From a virus, in the IMG/VR virus record IMGVR_UViG_3300032308_001684, positions 1 to 64,000 of that record: a stretch of DNA of 64,000 nucleotides; one strand, written 5' to 3'. This document shows, piece after piece, positions 49,174-56,611 of the stretch (within the stretch, counting starts at the first letter, position 1; the number at the start of each line of letters is the position of its first letter). The position numbers and the translations under genes were made by a program. Below the pieces are notes generated by a model. That model worked only from the letters and a program-made list of their open reading frames with translations, ran no database searches and was not told the origin of the DNA.

Positions 49174-49390
49174 TGGTGTAGGCTACGTTTCCACATCGCC
49201 CCTACTTGAGTTGACTTCTCTGTCACTGTGTTTTATTCTCTGCCTAGTTACAGTTCTAGTCAGCGGTTCGGACTCCCTTATCTTCTATCTTACTGTAGAA
49301 AGACAGATGGGCACTCTTCTTAACGGGTCACCGCCCCCGACCCCTCTAACGACGGGCCACCGGTACAGATCACGTTCTGTACTGACGGGA
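49174..49390 (-). ncRNA. Candidate non-tRNA RNA(s) ending in ...GCCTACACCA between two tRNA-Ser genes
   Basis: CCA end at tRNA-like spacing, TAGGC/GCCTA stem, GTACAGA..TCTGTAC hairpin; no cloverleaf. Confidence 0.45.
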
Positions 49391-49391
49391 T

Positions 49392-49479
49392 TGGCGGAAG
49401 CGGTGAGATTCGAACTCACGGTACCTTTCGATACGCTGGTTTTCAAGACCAGAGCCATAGACCACTCGACCACACTTCC
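49392..49479 (-). tRNA. tRNA-Ser(TGA)
   Basis: Long variable arm, CCA. Confidence 0.93.
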
Positions 49480-49484
49480 TTACA

Positions 49485-49562
49485 TGGAGCAACAGGTAGG
49501 ATTCGAACCTACGACTTTACGGGTTTGCAATCCGTTGCATTTGACCACTCTGCCACTGTTGC
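49485..49562 (-). tRNA. tRNA-Cys(GCA)
   Basis: Cloverleaf, U73, CCA. Confidence 0.9.
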
Positions 49563-49568
49563 GTTGTT

Positions 49569-49645
49569 TGGCGACCCGGGAAGGATTTGAACCTCCGACA
49601 TTTGGTTTTGGAGACCAACGTTCTGCCAGACTGAACTACCGAGCC
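49569..49645 (-). tRNA. tRNA-Trp(CCA)
   Basis: Cloverleaf, CCA. Confidence 0.92.
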
Positions 49646-49651
49646 ATTGTT

Positions 49652-49743
49652 TGGTACCCCCAGCGGGAGTCGAACCCACATGAACCAATTATCTGTTGCT
49701 TACGGGATATAAATCCGCCGTTTTACCATTAAACTATAGGGGC
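49652..49743 (-). tRNA. Atypical tRNA-Ile(TAT) with a ~22-nt variable region
   Basis: Normal acceptor, D and T arms; GCGGA-TT-TAT-AT-CCCGT anticodon arm; 92 nt. Confidence 0.75.
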
Positions 49744-49749
49744 TATATT

Positions 49750-49826
49750 TGGCTCCTCAGGGTGGGCTCGAACCACCGACACCTTGATTAACAGTCAAGT
49801 GCTTCTACCGACTGAGCTACTGAGGA
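49750..49826 (-). tRNA. tRNA-Asn(GTT)
   Basis: Cloverleaf, CCA. Confidence 0.93.
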
Positions 49827-49833
49827 ATAAACT

Positions 49834-49908
49834 TGGCGGTCCCAAGGGGAATCGAACCCCTGCCGACGGCGTGACAAGCCGCTATACTTACCGCTATACT
49901 ATGGGACC
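49834..49908 (-). tRNA. tRNA-Asp(GTC)
   Basis: Cloverleaf, CCA. Confidence 0.92.
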
Positions 49909-49914
49909 AAGAAC

Positions 49915-49998
49915 TGGTGGAGACGGATGGATTCGAACCACCGTGCTGTTAAGAACAGATTTACAGTCTGCCGCAATCGACCACTCTGCCACATCTCC
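49915..49998 (-). tRNA. tRNA-Tyr(GTA), first tRNA of the main array
   Basis: Cloverleaf with variable arm, CCA. Confidence 0.93.
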
Positions 49999-50004
49999 AG
50001 ATTT

Positions 50005-50190
50005 TTAACACACTGTCGCCAGTGTGTGTATCGAAGCACACTACTCATCTGCTGACGCAATTTGATTGTTCGGCAATGTGCTTCGATACTCTGTGATTTT
50101 TCACACTACAAGAAGTGCTCCATCCCACAGGCCGCCCGTTCGTCCATGTTTAGAGTGCAGACTGGGACCTCGTTTCCCTTAACACTTTTG
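50005..50190 (-). ncRNA. Structured RNA leader directly before the first tRNA
   Basis: 13-bp stem 50028-50040/50077-50089, ACACACTG-GCGA-CAGTGTGT hairpin, GGGA..TCCC hairpin. Confidence 0.5.
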
Positions 50191-50193
50191 CTA

Positions 50194-50367
50194 TCAATTT
50201 ACACTAAACGTTGGCGCTTTGGCTAACGATTCGCGATATAGTCTAGCACGTTCAAACTTATCTTGAATAAGTTTTTGAAGCTGTTCTTGAGAGATTTCTC
50301 CAAAAGCAGTTTCATAAGCCTGTTCAACGATGCGTTCGTTTAATTTTTCGTAATCTATCTTTTCCAT
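50194..50367 (-). CDS. 57-aa protein MEKIDYEKLNERIVEQAYETAFGEISQEQLQKLIQDKFERARLYRESLAKAPTFSVN
   Basis: Translated by hand; AAGGA RBS; first ORF after the attenuator terminator. Confidence 0.65.
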   Translation of the reverse strand: MEKIDYEKLNERIVEQAYETAFGEISQEQLQKLIQDKFERARLYRESLAKAPTFSVN

Positions 50368-50381
50368 TTTTCCTTTTTGTA

Positions 50382-50418
50382 TAAAAACAAAGCCCCGGAG
50401 TGTTTAGTTCCGGGGCTC
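50382..50418 (-). terminator. Attenuator terminator of the tRNA operon
   Basis: GAGCCCCGGA-ACTAAACAC-TCCGGGGCTT-TGTTTTT. Confidence 0.88.
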
Positions 50419-50459
50419 TGTGTAGAATAAGTTACTATCTGACTTCTACTCAGAACCCC
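50412..50459 (-). promoter_or_regulatory. Antiterminator hairpin overlapping the leader stop codon and the terminator 5' arm
   Basis: GGGGTTCTGAGTAGAA (50459-50444) pairs with TTCTACACAGAGCCCC (50427-50412) at 15 of 16 positions. Confidence 0.8.
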
Positions 50460-50562
50460 CGACCCCGATCGCATCATTACGTAGGCAGGTAGGATGCCAC
50501 AAGAGACTTGTTGGCTCCATCTGTTTAAATGATATTGAATAGGATCTTTGTGTGTTCATCAT
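50446..50562 (-). CDS. Attenuator leader peptide MMNTQRSYSISFKQMEPTSLLWHPTCLRNDAIGVGGSE (all 20 amino acids)
   Basis: Translated by hand; starts at the predicted TSS and its stop lies in the antiterminator arm. Confidence 0.75.
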   Translation of the reverse strand: MMNTQRSYSISFKQMEPTSLLWHPTCLRNDAIGVGGSE

Positions 50563-50569
50563 AGTATCT

Positions 50570-50598
50570 ATTGTATGCGTTTATTTATTCCTGGTCAA
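50570..50598 (-). promoter_or_regulatory. Sigma70 promoter TTGACC-N17-TACAAT of the tRNA operon, with ATAAATA in the spacer
   Basis: Read directly; ATG follows 7 nt after the -10. Confidence 0.85.
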
Positions 50599-50621
50599 CC
50601 CCTGGTTTACCTTTTTACAAC

Positions 50622-50649
50622 AAAAAACCCTACACAAGGTAGGGTTTTT
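50622..50649 (-). terminator. Intrinsic terminator after dctP (probably bidirectional)
   Basis: AAAAACCCTAC-ACAAG-GTAGGGTTTTT. Confidence 0.85.
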
Positions 50650-50667
50650 GTTTTGCTTGTCTACCTA

Positions 50668-51627
50668 TCAAGCCTTGCGTTCAATTGCCTCAACCAGTCC
50701 TGGTGTGAACGTGTCACGGAACTGATCATAGACACCTGACAATGCTACCTTAGCGGCGTCGCGTTGTTCTTGTGTCCACTTGACAATGTTGGCACCTTCT
50801 TCTTGAACTAGACGCTGTTCGGCACGAGCACCATCACGGATGGTCTCAGCACGTTCTTCACGTCCTGCAAGAATAGCGGCTTGCTTGATCACGGCCTGAA
50901 CTTCAGGGCTCATTGTGGCCCAGAACTTGTCACCAATGATCATTGATGTGAGGAACAAGCTGTGGCCTGTGTCAATCACTGACTTGGTAACTTCATTCTG
51001 ACGCAATGGGTACATACGTGGGTAGTTGGTTTCGCCACCTTCGGCTTCGCCGTCGACCACTACTTGGCGCAGGTCTTCTACTTCAGCAACAACAGGCTTC
51101 ATGCCCAGTGCAGAAATAGTTGCTTGTGCAACAGGGTTACGGTTTGAACGAACTGCTGTACCAGCAAGCTCTTCTAAAGTGCTAACTTTCTTGTTAGCAA
51201 TCATCTGACGGAAACCGCCAGAGTATGTGAAACTCAATCCACGTACATTAGACTTGTCAGTGAGTTTGTTGAGAAGAGTCTCTCCAACTTCACCTTCTAG
51301 CACACGGGTAGCATGCTCATGATCTTTAAACAAGAAAGGAAGATCAAATACCAAGAAGTCTTGTTCATACTTCTCAGCAAGCCATGTGGTGTACATCTGG
51401 CTCATTTCAATCTTGCCTGCTTCCATGAGATCTAGCAAATCATGCTTGGTGACCACAACACCATCGTTATAACGCTGGCTGTACTCTGAAAGAGTCATGA
51501 TTTCAACTTCGATCTTGTGCTCGCTTTGTTGTTCGTTTACACGACGCTCAAAGTCTTCAGCGGCACGAAGGAAAAGGTTTAAAGGCTCATGGGCGATAAC
51601 CCAACGAATCTTAGTAGTTTTGCTCAT
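50668..51627 (-). CDS. TRAP transporter substrate-binding protein (DctP family), no obvious signal peptide
   Basis: 'VFDLPFLFKD.EHA', 'GGFRQM', 'W..(M)SPE.Q.VI'. Confidence 0.88.
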   Translation of the reverse strand: MSKTTKIRWVIAHEPLNLFLRAAEDFERRVNEQQSEHKIEVEIMTLSEYSQRYNDGVVVTKHDLLDLMEAGKIEMSQMYTTWLAEKYEQDFLVFDLPFLFKDHEHATRVLEGEVGETLLNKLTDKSNVRGLSFTYSGGFRQMIANKKVSTLEELAGTAVRSNRNPVAQATISALGMKPVVAEVEDLRQVVVDGEAEGGETNYPRMYPLRQNEVTKSVIDTGHSLFLTSMIIGDKFWATMSPEVQAVIKQAAILAGREERAETIRDGARAEQRLVQEEGANIVKWTQEQRDAAKVALSGVYDQFRDTFTPGLVEAIERKA

Positions 51628-51656
51628 TTTTTATATCCAAATTTGGTAGTTTAAAT

Positions 51657-51768
51657 GTGCTCGCGATTGCTCGCTACGGTTCGGCGTTCTAGGCATAACA
51701 TGCTAGTAAATGGGTTTTACCCAAGGCGTCGTTGTAACCGGCGTCGATCACCTGACCGGCGCTGCCAT
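51657..51768 (-). ncRNA. Candidate cis-regulatory RNA in the dctP 5' leader
   Basis: TGGGT-AAA-ACCCA, CTAGCAT..ATGCCTAG, GCGA-GCAA-TCGC, CGGTT..AACCG. Confidence 0.45.
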
Positions 51769-51770
51769 TA

Positions 51771-52670
51771 TTATTTAGCCAGTTTCACACCTTGGCTCAG
51801 GCGTTTCCACAGGGTAACTTGTGAATCAAACCAACGCTGTGTGGCGGTAGCGTCAAGATTGCTGGGCTCGCAGTAGTCCACAGCATAAGCTCGTTGTACG
51901 CTGGCAGCTTTGGCAGCTTCAACAACCATGCCACGAAGTTCATTGTACTGTGTGTCGGGCATGGATCGGGGTACTTGTAAGCTGTGCATGTTGACCACTT
52001 CGCCTACTCCAGCAAAGCCCTGACTTTCTAAAGTAGGAACTCCACGCACAGTTCGACGTCCAGAGATGCCCAGGGCATGTAGATCGCCTTTGTCTAAGAA
52101 TCCTTCAACTTCTCCCAGGAATGCCACACTGAGTTCAATGTTGCCTGAGATGACATCCATGCTGGCTTCACGTGTGCCTTTGTAGGGCACTGGCTGTGCA
52201 TTGGGGAAACGCTTGACAATCTCCATGGCCATCAAGTGCGATGTAGCACCCAAACCAGAGATACCAATGTTGATGGGCTTTGACTTGTCAACTTCCTGCC
52301 AGCTACGATATTTTTTGCTCACAATGACCATGGGTGCGGCACACTGTGTCATCAATGGCCGGAAGTCTGCCACTGAGTGACTTTCTTCAGGATAAAAGTT
52401 TGGGCGAACAAAGAAGGCAGTAGATGCACTCAATACAGTGTTAGGGGTGGTTGCTACGTGTTTGGCACCAATGGTTGCTCCTGCTCCTGGTTTGTTTTCC
52501 AAGATGAATGTGTATTTCTTTTGATTCTTGTTGAGCTCTTCAACAAGACTACGGCTGTATTGTGCTTGTGTGTCGCCCATGCCAAAGGGCCATATGATAG
52601 ATACGGTCTGTTGTGCTTGAGACGAAAGCGATGCCAATGTGACGGCACTGGCGATTAAAAACTTTTTCAT
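51771..52670 (-). CDS. TctC/Bug family tripartite tricarboxylate transporter binding protein
   Basis: Signal peptide, 'ENKPGAGATIG', 'VPYKG', 'VPTLESQG'. Confidence 0.9.
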   Translation of the reverse strand: MKKFLIASAVTLASLSSQAQQTVSIIWPFGMGDTQAQYSRSLVEELNKNQKKYTFILENKPGAGATIGAKHVATTPNTVLSASTAFFVRPNFYPEESHSVADFRPLMTQCAAPMVIVSKKYRSWQEVDKSKPINIGISGLGATSHLMAMEIVKRFPNAQPVPYKGTREASMDVISGNIELSVAFLGEVEGFLDKGDLHALGISGRRTVRGVPTLESQGFAGVGEVVNMHSLQVPRSMPDTQYNELRGMVVEAAKAASVQRAYAVDYCEPSNLDATATQRWFDSQVTLWKRLSQGVKLAK

Positions 52671-53851
52671 TTGAGTAATCCTTGTATGATGTCGGTATTT
52701 ACATAGTCTGTGGGGCCCAGGTCATAGAACTTGTCCATGAACCCAACAAAGCCCACAGCACGACCCTGTTCGTAGGTAAAGAACTTAGAGTCAATGGTGT
52801 TGACCATGTGGGCTAATCCTGCTTCCCATACTTGATAGAAGCGAGTGTCTTTGAAGTTCTTAAAGAACCACCAAGTCATTTCTGAGTAGAAGTTATTGGT
52901 TGACTTTGTGGTTTGCCAAGTTGTTGGATCGTAGTCAGGATAGATCAGCGGCTTGGCCAGTTGTTCGTAGGCACCTCGCTGTGCCACTGAGTGATTAGGC
53001 CAGCGTACCAAGAACTGCAAATGCTTGGCATGGTCTGTCATAAACCAGTTACGTATGGTATGTGCTTGTTTGATAATGAGTTCTGGCAAATCAGCTTGCC
53101 AGTAAAAATACTCTGTGGTAATGTTGTTGTAAGGACCACGTTGATTTTGACTGTGGTTGGCCTGGATGTCAAGAAAGTACATGTACCAACGACCGTCTTT
53201 GATACAGACCTTGGGCTTGTCAACACCATAAAGAACACAGATTTGTTTGCCTGATTCTGCCAACAGTTTGTGACTGCTCATGCCCAACGGATCGTGTTTG
53301 AATGTGTGTTCAGGATGTAAGTAATCTTTGGCGTTGTTGACCCAGGACTCATCACCTTTATAATCAAGTATGTTTTGACTAAAGTCATGCATGGTGATCT
53401 TGATGTTAGGGTGTGTGACCGCTAGTTTTTGTAATATGGGCTTGGCCGCAAAGTGCCACTCTGACAAAGTGTTCTCAGCTTTCATATTTTTGGCATCAGG
53501 GCCAAGATTTTTATCGCCCTGTGCTGGATAGCGAAACACCACTTCGTCTAGGTGTATGTTGTTGTTGATAAAACTGTAGAGCACTGTAGCAGAGTCTGAA
53601 CCACCTGAGAACTCTAGTCGAATGTAATCGTATCGATCTCTCAACTGTTGCGCTCGCATGCGATAGAGTTCTCGCAAGCTCAGTTGTGGTTCCTTGGTTG
53701 TGTCCATACGAGAAAAAACTTCTCGGTTAAAGTTCCAAGTTGGAAACTGGCCAGTGGCCGTGGCCTCTAGCAGAGCTTGAGGTTTGGAATAGAAGTTTTT
53801 ACCATTGACTGTGTAAAAACCAAGTTTGGGATTGTTTTCGAGAAGTTCCAT
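52667..53851 (-). CDS. PP-loop (adenine nucleotide alpha-hydrolase) protein
   Basis: 'EFSGGSDS'; paralogue of 34623..35834. Confidence 0.75.
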   Translation of the reverse strand: MELLENNPKLGFYTVNGKNFYSKPQALLEATATGQFPTWNFNREVFSRMDTTKEPQLSLRELYRMRAQQLRDRYDYIRLEFSGGSDSATVLYSFINNNIHLDEVVFRYPAQGDKNLGPDAKNMKAENTLSEWHFAAKPILQKLAVTHPNIKITMHDFSQNILDYKGDESWVNNAKDYLHPEHTFKHDPLGMSSHKLLAESGKQICVLYGVDKPKVCIKDGRWYMYFLDIQANHSQNQRGPYNNITTEYFYWQADLPELIIKQAHTIRNWFMTDHAKHLQFLVRWPNHSVAQRGAYEQLAKPLIYPDYDPTTWQTTKSTNNFYSEMTWWFFKNFKDTRFYQVWEAGLAHMVNTIDSKFFTYEQGRAVGFVGFMDKFYDLGPTDYVNTDIIQGLLK

Positions 53852-53862
53852 GAGCGGAGTAT

Positions 53863-54648
53863 TTAAAGATCAAAGCCCGTGGAGGAAACATTTAGCACTT
53901 GATTTGTTTTGGACATGTCGGCACAGGTATATCTTTGATAGCTGTTTCTAAGCTGTTCAGGCAATGGTATTTCTTCAATGGGCACATCAAACTGTTCAGC
54001 AATTTCATAAAAGCTCTTGGTCTTTCCTGTGCCTACATTAAACACACCACTGGCTGACACTTTTAAAAACTTTAGATGCATTTCAACAACTTCCTGCACA
54101 GGAATAAAATCTCGGCAAGACTCTCTACTGCCTTCAAACACCTGTATGCGGCCAGTCTCTCGAGCTTGTTTGGCAAACTGAGAAAATGGACTGGCCTGCG
54201 AGCCTTTATGGTCTTCGCCAGTACCATACACATTAAAGTATCGAAATCCTTGTACTGTGTTCTTGCCTTGATTTCTAGCATGATGCCGTTCAAACAGATA
54301 TTTAGACCAAGCATAGGGAGTTCTTGGATCTGCTGGAGCATCTTCTGTAAACACAGTACCAAGCCCATACACGCTGGCACTGCTGGAATACTGCATGTTT
54401 ACCTCATAGAATCTGCAGGCATCAAACAGCTGGCGACTAAAGTCATAGTTCTGTGTGAGTATTTTGTCAATGTCTCGCTCTGTGGTACTGCTGATGGCAC
54501 CCATGTGTATGACCCAATCTTGTTCAGCCACACTGGGCATGTTTCCATCATTCCAATCATAGGTTGAAACAGAATGGCCTTCGCGCTCAAGAGCCTGGAG
54601 CATGTTACTACCAATAAATCCTCTGTGTCCTGTAAGCAATATTTTCAT
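53863..54648 (-). CDS. hldD: ADP-L-glycero-D-manno-heptose 6-epimerase-like
   Basis: GFIGSN, HMGAISSTTE, YSSSASVYG, YAWSK, GFRYFNVYG..E.HKG.QAS. Confidence 0.85.
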   Translation of the reverse strand: MKILLTGHRGFIGSNMLQALEREGHSVSTYDWNDGNMPSVAEQDWVIHMGAISSTTERDIDKILTQNYDFSRQLFDACRFYEVNMQYSSSASVYGLGTVFTEDAPADPRTPYAWSKYLFERHHARNQGKNTVQGFRYFNVYGTGEDHKGSQASPFSQFAKQARETGRIQVFEGSRESCRDFIPVQEVVEMHLKFLKVSASGVFNVGTGKTKSFYEIAEQFDVPIEEIPLPEQLRNSYQRYTCADMSKTNQVLNVSSTGFDL

Positions 54649-55004
54649 TGTTGACTGTCCCCTGGCACGATTCGATAGTTGTCTTCAACAGAATCAGCAG
54701 TGCTGATCTCAAGTATGGTACCAGCTTCTAGACAAGTAACACGATGTGGCACCATGGGATCATTGTGATGTGTGGCACCTTGTTGTAATATTTTTTTAGT
54801 GATTGTAGCATTGGCAGTATTGATAGTTTCTACTTCAAACTTTCCGCTTTGAACATACCATGTTTCCATCTTATCTCTATGGAAGTGCATGCTGAACTGA
54901 CCGCCTGTTTCAAAGTTTAGAAACTTACCGCAATAGCAATCGTTAGTAGCCCAGATATATTCAGAACCCCATCCTTTTGGCACTAGACCTTTTAACTGTG
55001 TCAT
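54645..55004 (-). CDS. Cupin (sugar isomerase-like)
   Basis: KGWGSE, SMHFH.DK.ETWYV, PH, EIST. Confidence 0.8.
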   Translation of the reverse strand: MTQLKGLVPKGWGSEYIWATNDCYCGKFLNFETGGQFSMHFHRDKMETWYVQSGKFEVETINTANATITKKILQQGATHHNDPMVPHRVTCLEAGTILEISTADSVEDNYRIVPGDSQQ

Positions 55005-55765
55005 TGTATCTCCTCCAAGGTAGGAGCATACACTCCTAGATGTTGTACTGTGATGCCCGCGGCGCGATTAGCAAACTCAATGGCTGTCTGCATTTCTCCA
55101 GTGATTAAAAACTGGTAGCACAATGCCGCTAAAAAAGTATCTCCTGCACCAGTGACATCTGTTATCTCTACTCGCTGTGCAGAACACTGCCAACCATTCC
55201 ATTCAGCACCTTGATCACCATGTGTGATCACTAGCCATTGAGAATCGGGCAAAGTTTTTAACAAACTATGTTCAAGTTCGTTGATCTTGATGTAACAACC
55301 ATTGAGCCGTGCTAGATCAGTCTTTTTGGTATCAATAAAGATTGGAATGGTAACTGCGTTGATCAACTCTTCAATCAGGTCGTAGCTGATCGTACCTTTG
55401 TTGTAGTCACTGATCACAATGGCATCGTAAACATTGGGGATCTCAGAATCAAACTCTATGGGATTACTGATTGCATCTTGGTCAATGCGCACAATATGTT
55501 GTTTGGTACGTTGATCAATCAGTCGAGTTTTCTTGCTGATTTGGCCGTGCAAAAAATCCACATCGCATCCTAATGTTTTTAGATTTTTGCTGACATTATT
55601 GGCCATGCCGCCCAGTGTGATTTCGTTGATTGGCTCAAACACAGGCACAGGAGCTTCAGGGCTAATACGATGAACTGCTCCATAGATATAGGTATCTATG
55701 CAAGCATCACCGATTAATAATATCTTGAATTTTTTTAGTGGTTGAGTATTCATTGAGTCGATCAA
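55001..55765 (-). CDS. Heptose-7-phosphate kinase (RfaE/HldA domain, PfkB family)
   Basis: RISPEAPVPV, ISDYNKG, DVTGAGDTF. Confidence 0.9.
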   Translation of the reverse strand: MIDSMNTQPLKKFKILLIGDACIDTYIYGAVHRISPEAPVPVFEPINEITLGGMANNVSKNLKTLGCDVDFLHGQISKKTRLIDQRTKQHIVRIDQDAISNPIEFDSEIPNVYDAIVISDYNKGTISYDLIEELINAVTIPIFIDTKKTDLARLNGCYIKINELEHSLLKTLPDSQWLVITHGDQGAEWNGWQCSAQRVEITDVTGAGDTFLAALCYQFLITGEMQTAIEFANRAAGITVQHLGVYAPTLEEIQ

Positions 55766-56099
55766 AAAATATCAGTTGTTTGGCGTGAGTCTTGCCGATT
55801 ACAGATTGGTCTTGATAATCACTGCCTTTGACCAAAATATCTGCACTGCTGATGATATCTATCAAGTCTTGGTCAGTGTCGAATATTTTTACTTCATCCA
55901 CTGCCCGAAGATTCCTCAGCATTTCTTGACGCTCATACTCATTGTTGACAGGCCTAGTTGGCCCTTTGAGCTCTTTGACTCTACGGTCAGAATCTATAGC
56001 TACCAAAAGATGATCTCCCAAACTCCGGGCATGATTTAGCAAAGCCAAATGCCCGGAGTGCAGGATGTCAAATGTTCCATTGACTACTACTTGTTTCAT
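55707..56099 (-). CDS. Heptose-1-phosphate adenylyltransferase (RfaE/HldC domain)
   Basis: NGTFDILHSGH, LKGPTRPVN, VKGSDY, YSTT. Confidence 0.9.
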   Translation of the reverse strand: MKQVVVNGTFDILHSGHLALLNHARSLGDHLLVAIDSDRRVKELKGPTRPVNNEYERQEMLRNLRAVDEVKIFDTDQDLIDIISSADILVKGSDYQDQSVIGKTHAKQLIFFDRLNEYSTTKKIQDIINR

Positions 56100-56611
56100 T
56101 AGCTGTTAAGCACACGAGCCACAGAAGTAATCACAGACGCAATGCGACCAATGTCACGAAGTTGCTCTACAGAGTAACCTTCTTTTCTCAAGGTTTCGTA
56201 GTGCGCTTTTACGCAGAAGTGGCACTTGCCAACGATACTGGCGGCTAGACTGTAGCTCTCAAAACGAGCCTTGGTTGTTCCACCATGGGAGCTGATAGCA
56301 TTCATGCGTAACTGCGCTGGCAAACCTGTGAGTCGCTCGTCCTCGGCCATTTCAACGTAGGGATACCATACATTGTTCATGGCCATCAAACTGGCCGCAG
56401 TCAAGGCCGCGTCTCTTTCAGTGGCATCTTCAATGCCTGACTGTATAAATGTAACGAGTTTTCCATTGCCTGTTGCCATAGCGGCTGCGAGAGCACAGCC
56501 ATTGGCTTCAACAGGATCAAGAGTGCTACGATTAACAACGCTGTCAAGATTGAGACGTGTGTCTTTTGCATATTCAGGCAATGCCTCTTTGATTTGATCT
56601 ACCCATGACAT
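56099..56611 (-). CDS. ahpD: Alkylhydroperoxidase AhpD
   Basis: LPEYAKD.RLNL, MAMNNVWY, LRMN, SIVGKCHFCVKAH. Confidence 0.92.
   Translation of the reverse strand: MSWVDQIKEALPEYAKDTRLNLDSVVNRSTLDPVEANGCALAAAMATGNGKLVTFIQSGIEDATERDAALTAASLMAMNNVWYPYVEMAEDERLTGLPAQLRMNAISSHGGTTKARFESYSLAASIVGKCHFCVKAHYETLRKEGYSVEQLRDIGRIASVITSVARVLNS

Noticed and set aside
48402-50008. ORF-track entries over the tRNA array (e.g. 49169..49732 +, 48532..48846 -, 48560..48865 +)
   Set aside because: They are translations of tRNA genes or their antisense ('GFEP', 'GSNP' come from T-loops).
51657-51700. SAM-II/SAM-V riboswitch before dctP (AACCGTA motif)
   Set aside because: The flanking pseudoknot and GCUAAA-type 3' element could not be matched.
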